Origin: an uncultured Candidatus Saccharibacteria bacterium
Lineage (GTDB): Bacteria > Patescibacteriota > Minisyncoccia > Phycocordibacterales > UBA9973
DNA length: 64,000 nt
NCBI GenBank assembly: GCA_964577515.1
Contig: CAZNZN010000001.1
Span: 876-64,875 of the forward strand
Direction of reading: 5' to 3'
Both the position numbers and the translations under genes were made by a program. Positions 36,854-46,519 of this stretch are shown here, piece by piece. The notes under the pieces are model-generated. The model worked only from the letters and a program-made list of their open reading frames with translations, was not told where the DNA came from and made no database searches. Position 1 is the stretch's first letter. Each line of letters begins with the position of its first letter.

Positions 36854-38602
36854 TTACTCACTCACCACACGGAGCACTTCTTCAATGGTTGTTTTTCCTT
36901 GCACTGCTTGAAAGATACCATCTTCAATCATTGTTATCATCCCCTCTTTTTTTGCTTGTGCCTCTACCTCGTCAGCAGATCCGCCGCGTAGAATGATTTC
37001 CTTCACTGCGGGGCTCACTTTGAGTGCCTCATGAATACCAACGCGGCCCTTATATCCATCCTCTGATTCTTCATTTTTTACTGGACGAAAGAGAGGTATC
37101 TCTTTCCATGGCGTTTTTGGTTTTATTATCTGCTCTCCTTCAAGGAACCCACGGATACGTTCAAGATCAACTATCTTGTTAAGGTTCACTATCTCTGCAT
37201 CAGTTAAGAAATACTGTTCTTTTTTTGCAGTGAGTCGACGTACAAGACGCTGTGCAATAATCACCTTTGCAGTAGAAACGATCAGAAACGGTTCAACCCC
37301 CATATCTATAAGCCGAGGAATAGCCCCAGCAGCTGAGTTGGTGTGGATAGTAGAAAGCACCAAGTGACCAGTAAGCGCAGCATTCACCGCAAGAGAAGCC
37401 GTCTCTCCATCACGAATCTCCCCCACCATAATGATATTTGGATCTTGTCGAAGGAGTGCACGAAGCCCGTTTGCAAACGTCATACCAATCTCACTTTTTA
37501 CTTGCGTTTGATTGATACGTGGCATTTGATACTCAATCGGATCTTCAATGGTTGAGATATTCACCGCAGGAGTATTTAAAATATCAAGCATTGTATAGAG
37601 CGTCGTTGTCTTTCCTGATCCTGTCGGACCAGACGCAAGCACAATCCCTGAGTGCTGTTTCATTCCTTCGTGGATACTTTCAAGACATGATCCGTGAAAC
37701 CCAAGCCCTTCAAGAGTGAACCCGTGTGAAGACTCACGCAAAATACGTATCACCGTCTTCTCGCCAAAGTATGTTGGGAGTGTTGAAACACGAAATGATA
37801 CGGGTGAATCATCAAGTACGATTTTGAACCGTCCGTCTTGTGGAAGACGTTTTTCGTCAAGTTTCAAATTTGAAAGGACCTTGATACGAGCCGTCATTGC
37901 TGGAGCAGCGTCTTTCGGAAGCGTCATAGCGTCATGGAGTATCCCGTCAATACGATATCGCACCACCAGTGACTCTTCTCCAGGCTCAATATGTACATCA
38001 GAAGCTCCTTGCAAGATAGCGTGTGAAATAAGACTGTCAACGATTTTCACCACTGGCAAATCCTCTGCAAGTTCTTTGAGATCTTTTTCTGATGTTGTGT
38101 CGTCTTTCTCATCAACTTTTTGAATACTCCCGACCTCTTTTTGAATAATAGAATCAAACTCTGCCTGAAGACTCTTTTTGTACTGCAGTAGTACCGCCTT
38201 TATAGATTCACTATCAGTAAGACGAGGAAGAATACGAAGTCCTGTTTTTTTCTTTACGAAATCAATCGCAGGAAGGTTATCAATATCGAGAAGACATATT
38301 TCGAGATCGTTTCCCTTTTTTCGACAAGGCACCACGTTATATTTACGTGCAATTGGTTCTGGAATTAGTTGCAGTATTTCTTTATCGATTTTTTCTTTTT
38401 CAATATTAAGGTATGGGACACCGATCACGTACGCCTGCAACTTACGAAGCTCTTGCTCTTTGAGTTTGTTGTTTGTAAGGAGGTAGTCAGAAAGCGTTGT
38501 TCCTTTTGCTTTTTTTTCTGCTTCAAACGCATTCAAATCATCAACAGAGATGATGTTCGTATCAAGAATAAGTCGTGTTAATTTTGCTTCATCAACAACC
38601 AT
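36854..38602 (-). CDS. pilB: Type IV pilus assembly ATPase (PilB/GspE)
   Basis: ASDVHIEP, RLPQDG, GPTGSGKTT, LRQDPN, GHLVLSTIHTN. Confidence 0.93.
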   Translation of the reverse strand: MVVDEAKLTRLILDTNIISVDDLNAFEAEKKAKGTTLSDYLLTNNKLKEQELRKLQAYVIGVPYLNIEKEKIDKEILQLIPEPIARKYNVVPCRKKGNDLEICLLDIDNLPAIDFVKKKTGLRILPRLTDSESIKAVLLQYKKSLQAEFDSIIQKEVGSIQKVDEKDDTTSEKDLKELAEDLPVVKIVDSLISHAILQGASDVHIEPGEESLVVRYRIDGILHDAMTLPKDAAPAMTARIKVLSNLKLDEKRLPQDGRFKIVLDDSPVSFRVSTLPTYFGEKTVIRILRESSHGFTLEGLGFHGSCLESIHEGMKQHSGIVLASGPTGSGKTTTLYTMLDILNTPAVNISTIEDPIEYQMPRINQTQVKSEIGMTFANGLRALLRQDPNIIMVGEIRDGETASLAVNAALTGHLVLSTIHTNSAAGAIPRLIDMGVEPFLIVSTAKVIIAQRLVRRLTAKKEQYFLTDAEIVNLNKIVDLERIRGFLEGEQIIKPKTPWKEIPLFRPVKNEESEDGYKGRVGIHEALKVSPAVKEIILRGGSADEVEAQAKKEGMITMIEDGIFQAVQGKTTIEEVLRVVSE

Positions 38603-38650
38603 AACTGTATTGTAACAAAAAAACCGACATAGTGTCGGTTTTTTTGTTTT

Positions 38651-39739
38651 TTAAAACTCTTTAAAAATTGATTTTCGCTTATTGAGCTCAGACGTATCGT
38701 TTGGATCGTACACGCCGTTGGTATAACACCCCGGATCATTTGCATCTTTTACACCGTCACCGTCATTATCAATACCATCGCTACATTCAGGTTGCGGTGC
38801 ACCGGTCACTGTAACTGTTGCGTTGGCATCAGTAGTCCCTCCTGCTCCAGTACATGAGACAGTGTAGGTAGTAGTACTTGCAGGAGATACTGCGAGAGAT
38901 CCACTCGTTGCACCTCCAGTATTAAACCCAAACCCACTACATGATGTTGCGTTTGTTGAACTCCAAGTAAGTGTTGAAGAATTCCCGAGCGGTATCGATG
39001 TAGGGTTTGCAGTAAGAGAAGCTGTTGGAGCAGGTGGATTTACCTGACAAATACTTCCGTTCCATGTTGTCCCCCCAGCACATGAAGCTGTTGCAGAAGA
39101 CTGTGCGAGAAGCACTGCATTGTGGTACAGATAAAAATCAGTTTGCCCATAGCCAAGCGTTGTCGCTTGCGTCCCTCCAGCAAGTGGAGACGGGGTAAAT
39201 GATGCAGGAGAGCCAGTGTTTCGAGTAATCGCTGTAGGGTTCACCGTGAGATTTGCAGTAGTCCATGAAACAGTACTTCCACAAGACGAAGCATTTGCAG
39301 CAATGGTACACCCTACAGCTGATAGGGTCCCTGAAGGCGCCCCTCCGTTGTTTACCACAACAAGCGCAGTATCTGACGCATTCGCATACCCAGCCTTCAC
39401 ACAGGTTATTTCAAAGAGATGACTTCCAGCGGTAAGTCCTGTGATATCTTCAAACTGTGTCGCGTTTGCACTCTTATTCCCTGACCACCAACCGTTGTTT
39501 GTTGCTGTACAACTATCAGGAGATCCTGTGGTGGTCCATGTAAGACGTGTTTGGTTGGTAGGGAGAGTCATTGTATCTGGAACAGCAGTAAGTGTTACTG
39601 TGATAGCAACAGGAGCTCCTCCATCTACAACATACGGGAGTGCACTACTATAAGGGACAAAGCCTGCTAAAGCCTCCCTTGAAAAACCAAAGAAAGTGAA
39701 AGCAGTTAAAACAATAAAAGAAAGAAAGTATTTATTCAT
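38651..39739 (-). CDS. Secreted Thr/Ser-rich Ig-like repeat surface protein
   Basis: Signal peptide; LTWTTT/LTWSSTNATSC repeats; C-terminal CSDGIDNDGDGVKDANDPGC Ca-binding-like motif. Confidence 0.75.
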   Translation of the reverse strand: MNKYFLSFIVLTAFTFFGFSREALAGFVPYSSALPYVVDGGAPVAITVTLTAVPDTMTLPTNQTRLTWTTTGSPDSCTATNNGWWSGNKSANATQFEDITGLTAGSHLFEITCVKAGYANASDTALVVVNNGGAPSGTLSAVGCTIAANASSCGSTVSWTTANLTVNPTAITRNTGSPASFTPSPLAGGTQATTLGYGQTDFYLYHNAVLLAQSSATASCAGGTTWNGSICQVNPPAPTASLTANPTSIPLGNSSTLTWSSTNATSCSGFGFNTGGATSGSLAVSPASTTTYTVSCTGAGGTTDANATVTVTGAPQPECSDGIDNDGDGVKDANDPGCYTNGVYDPNDTSELNKRKSIFKEF

Positions 39740-39768
39740 ATCAATAACTATGGTTAGAACTGACTAAT

Positions 39769-41724
39769 TTATTCACAATATTCTCCATCAACGATTTCAA
39801 TACTCAAAGGGAGTGCCCCACTCATATCTACGTTCGACCATGTAAACGTAGGGTCTGGGTCACCTCTTTGCTGTACTGCACAGGTCGACATTCTGTTTCC
39901 GTACGTGTCATACAGGTTAGTATGACCTCCTGGCATTGAGCTACCCAAAGACCATCGAATATACACATCAGATACTCCAAAAAAATTTAGAGGGCCGGCA
40001 GTGCCACCACCAGGACCAAGGGGGAATGGATTATTTGATGGCACTAATGAAACACCGTCAACAGCAGCATCTTCCAAAATAGTCGCCAGTGAATTATTTG
40101 TAGCGTTAAACTCATGTACACCAGAATTCACAGAATCATCTACCTCAACGGTAAAGCTGACATAAAACGTCTGTGGCAAAGGAGGAGTTGTGGGGACGTT
40201 CACTGTGAAATACTGTGATGCCGGTGCAAAATAAGGACTATATGCAGGAATAGAAACTACGCCAGGAAAAAGATTAGCTGTGTTTCCTGTAGGAAGATCT
40301 ATCCATGAGAAGGTAACCGTTTGATCAAGTGCTGACAAATTTTCAATGTAGCCATCCACCTGTATCTCATCCCCTTGTGAAAAAGGTTGACCAGGGTGGG
40401 TAAAGTTGGACAAGCTTATAGTCACATACAACTCATTATTTGCACCAGCATAAAACTGAGCAGCTTGTACTTCCGCTGTAGGAAGAACACTAAGAGCAAG
40501 GAATATAACAAACCCAGCAATGATTTGCGGAGATGCTCGTCGCTTCTTTATATAGAGTCCGATAAGTGCAATAACAACAAGGATAAGAACGAGAAGCACC
40601 GCTCCTTGTCCCCCAGAAAATACACTAGGATTCTTTGTTGATGTTGTGGCAATACTGGTTTCGTCTTGCGCAACTGTAGCACCTGCAGCATTTGTGACTG
40701 CAACAGAAACTACTGGATTAAAACAGTTATGTTTTACTTGCACAGTTGCTGTTTGTACCCCGTTTTTTGGTGACGAAACTACTGCTTTACCGCAGGTAAG
40801 CCCTCCACTTGTCTTTATGACAACTGCAGCATCTTTGAAAACAGCCCCTGCACTAGTAAGCGCAAATGCTATTACTGCTTGTTCACCTTTAGCGTAATAA
40901 TCCTTATCAGCAAGAATACTTTTGATAGAAGCAAATGATCCAAAGACACTGTATCCCGCAACAACACTGTTTGATACTGATTGTCCGTTTACAAGCTGTA
41001 CGACTGTTTTATAGAGCCCTGCATCTTTTGGAACAGGAAGAGTGACTGCAATTGTTTTCTTTTCAGCTGGCTTCACCAAAAAAGGAGTAGTCGTACCTCC
41101 GATAGCTTCTACAGAAGCGCCGTAGATGTTTCCTGAAAATGTTTTAAAAGAAGGAGTGCCTGCAATAGGACCACTTGCGGTGTTGGTAACAACACAGGTA
41201 AGCACCGGTGCTTCGTTTTCACGGAGAAGCACTGTAGATGATAGTTGCAACGACTTTTTCTGTTCAGCACCACTGACAGTACAGCTTCCTGGGACAATAA
41301 CGAGTCCCTTCTCTTCTGCACTGAAGGTGACATCTTTCAATGTCATCAGTCCAAGTGTAAGTCCTGACTTTTCAGAAACAACAAGCTGCATCGTGTAGGT
41401 ACCACTAAGCACTGCTGGTGGTACATAGACTGCACTCTTCTTTAGAGTGCCTTGTTCCGCTAGAGCAAAAACCTCTGGGAAAACTGTCTCATCAACAACA
41501 ACCCGATCTTTGTTCAAAAGGCGAATACCGTACATCACTTCAGGATGTGCACCTGCACCATTTGTCATGGTAAATGAAAAGGCAACCGAACGACCTACTT
41601 GGTCAGTAACGGAAGCACCTTGAATATTTACTTGCGAAAGTTGTCGAACTTGTTGCGCAAACGCGACAGGCGAAGCGACAAACATTCCGAGGACAATCAA
41701 AACACCTACAATGATTCTCTTCAT
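39769..41724 (-). CDS. Large exported/membrane protein of unknown function
   Basis: N-terminal signal (AFA-Q), beta-rich domains, two internal hydrophobic segments; start ATG 41724. Confidence 0.7.
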   Translation of the reverse strand: MKRIIVGVLIVLGMFVASPVAFAQQVRQLSQVNIQGASVTDQVGRSVAFSFTMTNGAGAHPEVMYGIRLLNKDRVVVDETVFPEVFALAEQGTLKKSAVYVPPAVLSGTYTMQLVVSEKSGLTLGLMTLKDVTFSAEEKGLVIVPGSCTVSGAEQKKSLQLSSTVLLRENEAPVLTCVVTNTASGPIAGTPSFKTFSGNIYGASVEAIGGTTTPFLVKPAEKKTIAVTLPVPKDAGLYKTVVQLVNGQSVSNSVVAGYSVFGSFASIKSILADKDYYAKGEQAVIAFALTSAGAVFKDAAVVIKTSGGLTCGKAVVSSPKNGVQTATVQVKHNCFNPVVSVAVTNAAGATVAQDETSIATTSTKNPSVFSGGQGAVLLVLILVVIALIGLYIKKRRASPQIIAGFVIFLALSVLPTAEVQAAQFYAGANNELYVTISLSNFTHPGQPFSQGDEIQVDGYIENLSALDQTVTFSWIDLPTGNTANLFPGVVSIPAYSPYFAPASQYFTVNVPTTPPLPQTFYVSFTVEVDDSVNSGVHEFNATNNSLATILEDAAVDGVSLVPSNNPFPLGPGGGTAGPLNFFGVSDVYIRWSLGSSMPGGHTNLYDTYGNRMSTCAVQQRGDPDPTFTWSNVDMSGALPLSIEIVDGEYCE

Positions 41725-41843
41725 ATTAAAATTTTTATATTGAAAACAACTACTAATACTTGTAAAGTATAGCATTTAAAAAAGAGGAAAAGAAAAAACC
41801 TTCGGTGTACACCGAAGGTTTTAATCTTTTTGCATCTTACTAC

Positions 41844-42527
41844 TTACTGCTTCACCCACCGTGTCCTAGTCAACGTTCCGTTAGACGACGGAGCTGACGT
41901 TAAGTCCATTACCGTTTCCGATATGAACTCAACTGTTTGAACCTTATTAGCTGTAGTGAGAGTATTTCCCACTAAAGCCCAATGACTGTTCCAGCTATCC
42001 TGAGGTGAACCGCAAACGGTCGTTTGAAGCGTCAGGAAGTAATCCTGCTGCTTAAAGACCATAGGAGGCTGGCACGGCATTGCTGCAGTACCATCAAACC
42101 ATACCGTCTGACCTGGAAACAAAGCCCACTGGTTTGTTGCAACCCAGCGAGAACTTCCAGTGCAAATCAACCGTGTTTCATTCTGTGTAAACACAGAGAC
42201 TGAAACGGTTTTTGTTGCAGGGGTCGTCCCCTCTTCGCCCTGAGCGACGAAAGCTAACTGCGTGTCAGCAGTTGCAGTAACAGTGTAAGATCCTGTTACG
42301 GCCGGCTGAACCTGGTTCCCCACCAACACTGTTTTTGCGTAAGCAGTGCTGAAAGGAATTGTAACCACTTGTCCATACAGCGCCTTTGCAGGCTCTGACA
42401 CGGTCAGGGTTGGGTTTTGTTTAACCGGATCCGGATTTTTAGGGATGTCATCTTTGCCGCATGATGCAATAAAAAGGGTGGCAAATACAGCGCTCCACCC
42501 TAAAGCGCCTGTAAAAAACTTTTTCAT
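41844..42527 (-). CDS. Lipoprotein (lipobox IASC-GKDD) with possible lipocalin-like C-terminal domain
   Basis: MKKFF...LFIASCGKDD; own promoter TTGACA-17-TATACT; terminator 41793-41822. Confidence 0.7.
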   Translation of the reverse strand: MKKFFTGALGWSAVFATLFIASCGKDDIPKNPDPVKQNPTLTVSEPAKALYGQVVTIPFSTAYAKTVLVGNQVQPAVTGSYTVTATADTQLAFVAQGEEGTTPATKTVSVSVFTQNETRLICTGSSRWVATNQWALFPGQTVWFDGTAAMPCQPPMVFKQQDYFLTLQTTVCGSPQDSWNSHWALVGNTLTTANKVQTVEFISETVMDLTSAPSSNGTLTRTRWVKQ

Positions 42528-42747
42528 TTTTTAGGTTTTCTAGGTGAGAGGCAATATCGCCAAAAGAAGTTTTAAGGTGCTTAGAGACCTTTGAGTACAG
42601 TATACACCTTTTAGGGCTTTTTGTCAAAGTTTTCCACAGGACTTGACCATTCTTAGCACATATACTACTATATGTGTAGTAAGTGTCCGGCCGAGAGGTG
42701 CGGACATTTCTGTTAAAAACCCTTACAAATCAATACAAAATCAATAT

Positions 42748-43950
42748 ATGTTAGATATAAAAGCCTTAAAAGTCGCCATCGAACAGCTCGAAAGTGAGCG
42801 TCGAATCGCTCGAGATAAGCTCATTGACGCTATTGAGCAGTCTCTTGCTGCGGCATACAAAAAAGAATACGGAAAGAAAGGGCAAGTAGTCCGCAGTCAC
42901 ATCGACCTTGATGCGGGGACTGTTGCTTTTGACCAGGTCAAGACGGTCGTTGACGGGTCTATGGTGTACTTCGAAGATGAAGACATCTCTGAAACCGACG
43001 AACGCGAAGCATACAACGAGGAAAAACATATCCTCCTCGAAGACGCGCGTATCATGAAAGCTGACGCACAGCTTGGTGATGAAATCGTGTTTGATCTTGA
43101 ATCAAAAGACGATTTTGGACGTATCGCAGCACAAACAGCAAAGCAGGTTATTATCCAGCGTATCCGCGAGGCAGAACGTTCATCTATTATGGAAGAGTTC
43201 GGTGGAAAAGAAGGCGATATCGTTAGTGGGTATATCCAAAAAGTAGACCGTGGCACGGTGTTCATTGATTTTAACCGTGCAACAGGGGTTATTCCTCAAG
43301 CAGAACAAATACCAGGCGAGCACTACGCCCGAGGACAACGTATCCGTGGGTACCTCTATCACGTGGAAGAGTCTCCTCGTGGTATCAACCTTCGTATCTC
43401 TCGTACACATCCTAAGTTTCTCGAAAAACTCTTTGCATACGAATCTCCTGAAGTAGCAAGTGGCATCGTAGAAATCCGTTCTGTGGCACGAGAACCAGGA
43501 AGTCGTTCAAAGATCGCTGTGTACACTGCGGATGCAAACATTGATCCAGTAGGATCATGCGTAGGACAGCGTGGCGTACGTGTCAGTACTGTGATGAGTG
43601 AACTCGCAGGAGAAAAAATCGACATTATCGAATGGTCAGAAGATCCAGCGGAATTCGTTCGAAAAGCACTTTCTCCAGCAAAAGTACTCGACATCACCCT
43701 TGACGAACAAGAACACAAGGCAACTATTGAGGTTACCCCCGATCAGCTTTCTCTTGCAATCGGTAAGGGAGGGCAAAATGTTCGACTTGCTGCACGACTT
43801 ACCGGATGGAAAATCGATATCAAAGGCAACGAAGACGCTCCTGTGGCAGAACAAGAAGAAACAGCAACAGACGACTTCCAGCCGCTTGCGTCTCTTTCAA
43901 ATACCGATGAAGCGCCAATGATTAGTAGCAGTAACGAAGAATTAGAATAA
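42748..43950 (+). CDS. nusA: Transcription factor NusA
   Basis: FGRIAAQTAKQV, AREPGSRSKIAV, SLAIGKGGQNVRLAARLTGWKIDI; start ATG 42748. Confidence 0.98.
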   Translation: MLDIKALKVAIEQLESERRIARDKLIDAIEQSLAAAYKKEYGKKGQVVRSHIDLDAGTVAFDQVKTVVDGSMVYFEDEDISETDEREAYNEEKHILLEDARIMKADAQLGDEIVFDLESKDDFGRIAAQTAKQVIIQRIREAERSSIMEEFGGKEGDIVSGYIQKVDRGTVFIDFNRATGVIPQAEQIPGEHYARGQRIRGYLYHVEESPRGINLRISRTHPKFLEKLFAYESPEVASGIVEIRSVAREPGSRSKIAVYTADANIDPVGSCVGQRGVRVSTVMSELAGEKIDIIEWSEDPAEFVRKALSPAKVLDITLDEQEHKATIEVTPDQLSLAIGKGGQNVRLAARLTGWKIDIKGNEDAPVAEQEETATDDFQPLASLSNTDEAPMISSSNEELE

Positions 43951-43957
43951 ACATCAC

Positions 43958-44488
43958 ATGAATCTTCTCCACGAAATCACCGCAGGGAAACAAACCCCGC
44001 ATGTCATCAATGTTATTGTCGAAATCCCGAAAGGATCAAAAAACAAATACGAGCTTGATAAAGAAACAGGTCTGATCACTCTTGATCGTGCGCTACACAC
44101 TTCTCAAGACTATCCTTTTGACTATGGGTTTATGCCACAAAGCCACTGGGCCGACGGCGACCCACTTGATGTGGTCCTCCTCACTACGTATCCGCTAGCA
44201 CCAGGAGTACTCGTAAAAGTACGCCCTGTTGGTATCATGCACATGGTAGATGACGGTGAAAGCGATGCGAAGATCCTCGGTGTGCCAGATCATGACCCTC
44301 GTTGGGATGATGTGCAAGACCTTGAAGACATCAACAAGCATACCCTCAAAGAAATCGAGCACTTCTTCCTTACCTATAAGAAACTGCAAAACAAAGAAGT
44401 GCACATTGATGGTATCGAAGGGAAAGAACAAGCACTTGCTGCAATCACAAAAAGCCAAGAGCTCTATAAAGAAAAATTTGGAAACTAA
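43958..44488 (+). CDS. ppa: Inorganic pyrophosphatase (family I)
   Basis: EIPKGS.NKYE, DGDPLDV, DDGESDAK, HFFLTYK. Confidence 0.96.
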   Translation: MNLLHEITAGKQTPHVINVIVEIPKGSKNKYELDKETGLITLDRALHTSQDYPFDYGFMPQSHWADGDPLDVVLLTTYPLAPGVLVKVRPVGIMHMVDDGESDAKILGVPDHDPRWDDVQDLEDINKHTLKEIEHFFLTYKKLQNKEVHIDGIEGKEQALAAITKSQELYKEKFGN

Positions 44489-44598
44489 CCCACAAAAAAG
44501 ACCGCTTTTGCGGTCTTTTTTGCCCTCTAGGTAAAGAGAGGCATCCTGTAAGAAGCCCTCTACCAAATCGTCAGTATTTGTGTATACTAAGAAACGAT

Positions 44599-45114
44599 AT
44601 GAAACGCTTTATTACTCTAGGATTTATTGTTATAGCACTTCTCCCACGCCTTGCTGCCGCACAAGAAAAGGTAGGTATTTCTCCTGTACAAAAGGAAACA
44701 GCTGAGATCAGAAAACCAACAAAAGAAGAAATTGCACAAACAAAAAAACAAAAAATGGAAGCTGACTTCCAAGAAACTATCAAACAACTCACCGCTGTGG
44801 CAACACGAACTCAAACAGCTATTGATCTCCTTTCAAAAAATGGAAAAGATACATCAGACGCTCAAGTGCTCCTCACTAAAGCGACTGACGCATTAACAGC
44901 TGCACAAACGAGTCTCGATATCTTAAGTGCGACACCTGAAAAACCATCAGAAGAAAAAATCCCTCCAAAAGCAGCAAAAGCTGTCCCTTCTATAAAAGAA
45001 CAAGTGAAAAAGATTCAAGACACACTCAAAGAAAGTCGTGATGCGCTTATAAAAAGCATTGCAACGCTCAAAGAAATACTCGCTCCACAAAAAGAAGCAG
45101 AACAAGAATCATAG
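44599..45114 (+). CDS. Hypothetical secreted coiled-coil protein
   Basis: Signal peptide AAA-Q; helical K/E/A-rich body. Confidence 0.7.
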   Translation: MKRFITLGFIVIALLPRLAAAQEKVGISPVQKETAEIRKPTKEEIAQTKKQKMEADFQETIKQLTAVATRTQTAIDLLSKNGKDTSDAQVLLTKATDALTAAQTSLDILSATPEKPSEEKIPPKAAKAVPSIKEQVKKIQDTLKESRDALIKSIATLKEILAPQKEAEQES

Positions 45115-45117
45115 TTT

Positions 45118-45399
45118 ATGGATAAGAGCACCCTTACACAAACAACGCTCGCACAGATTCCGGAAGAATTTCGTCCAAACAAACATGAACACCGAAGCCC
45201 TTGGGCATTGATAAGTATCTTTATTATCGTCATCGTCTTTGGAGCATTTTTTATTTTTAGAAAAAATCGGATTGTTACAACTCTCTCTGTAGTACCAACA
45301 CCTTCTTCTACACCCACAACAAAAACGCCCCCAGCACTTTCTGAGCTTGAAGCTTCAGTTGGGGCAATCACCATTCCGGACTATACCGAAAGTCTCTAA
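45118..45399 (+). CDS. Hypothetical single-pass membrane protein
   Basis: One TM helix, P/T-rich linker; 3 nt after the previous stop. Confidence 0.65.
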   Translation: MDKSTLTQTTLAQIPEEFRPNKHEHRSPWALISIFIIVIVFGAFFIFRKNRIVTTLSVVPTPSSTPTTKTPPALSELEASVGAITIPDYTESL

Positions 45400-45448
45400 C
45401 TATTCGTGTTTTGTCGAAACTACGCCAGTATGTTAGACTGTCGCCACA

Positions 45449-46489
45449 ATGAAAAAACACAATGTGCAAACAACAGTAAAAACCTTGGAAAACGCAATGG
45501 TTGAAATACAAGGAACACTTTCTTGGGAAGATTTTAGTACATATGAAAAGAAAGCCTTTGAGCGACTTGCTGCCCACTTAGAAGTAGACGGTTTTCGTAA
45601 AGGAAATGTTCCCGAAGCAGTAGCAAAAAGCAAAATTGGCGACGAGCTCATTCTGGCAGACATGGCTGAGCTTGCGATTGCAGAGCTCTATCCTACAATT
45701 CTTGAAACTGAAAAAATTGATGCTATTGGACACCCGGCGCTTGCCATAACAAAACTTGCACGAAACAATGAACTCAGATTCACTCTCACGACAGCAGTGC
45801 TCCCAAAAATAACACTTCCAGAATATAAAAAAGTAGCAAAAGGGATCGCCGCAAAAGCGCCTGCAACAGCAACCGAAGAGGAAATCGATAAGGTTGTTGA
45901 GGATCTCCGACAAATTCGTGCGTATGGACATGTACATGATCACGCAGATCATGACCATGGGCACACCGAGCAGCTTCCTGAAGTGAACGACGAATTTGCA
46001 AAATCTTTTGGTAACTTTGCAACAGTAGCAGAACTCCGAGCAAAAATTAAAGAAAATATCCTTAAAGAAAAAGAACAAGGGGAAAAAGACAAACGACGCA
46101 TTGCTATTATGGACGCAATCATCGCCGAGACGACTTTCCCTGTACCAGCAGTTGTTATTGCTTCAGAACAAGAAAAGATGATCGGACAAATGGAGCAAGA
46201 AGTAACACGGAGTGGTATGAAGTTTGAAGAATACCTCACCCATATCAAAAAAACTCGTGAAGAGCTGGTAAAAGAGTTCGCGCCAGAAGCAGAACGACGT
46301 GCACGCTTTCAAATGCTCATCAATGCAATCGCCAAAGATGCTGGTATAGCACCAACAGAAGAAGAGGTGAAGAAAGAAGCTGAATCGCTGATGGCCACAT
46401 ACCCAGGGGCAGATCTTGCTCGAACTACAGCATACGCTGACATGGTACTGACAAACGACAAGGTCCTCTCAATGCTCGAAGAACAATAA
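45449..46489 (+). CDS. tig: Trigger factor lacking the FKBP PPIase domain
   Basis: DGFRKGNVP ribosome-binding motif; LPEVNDEFAK; 346 aa; near clpP. Confidence 0.9.
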   Translation: MKKHNVQTTVKTLENAMVEIQGTLSWEDFSTYEKKAFERLAAHLEVDGFRKGNVPEAVAKSKIGDELILADMAELAIAELYPTILETEKIDAIGHPALAITKLARNNELRFTLTTAVLPKITLPEYKKVAKGIAAKAPATATEEEIDKVVEDLRQIRAYGHVHDHADHDHGHTEQLPEVNDEFAKSFGNFATVAELRAKIKENILKEKEQGEKDKRRIAIMDAIIAETTFPVPAVVIASEQEKMIGQMEQEVTRSGMKFEEYLTHIKKTREELVKEFAPEAERRARFQMLINAIAKDAGIAPTEEEVKKEAESLMATYPGADLARTTAYADMVLTNDKVLSMLEEQ

Positions 46490-46519
46490 AAAAACCCCTC
46501 CAAACGGAGGGGTTTTGTT

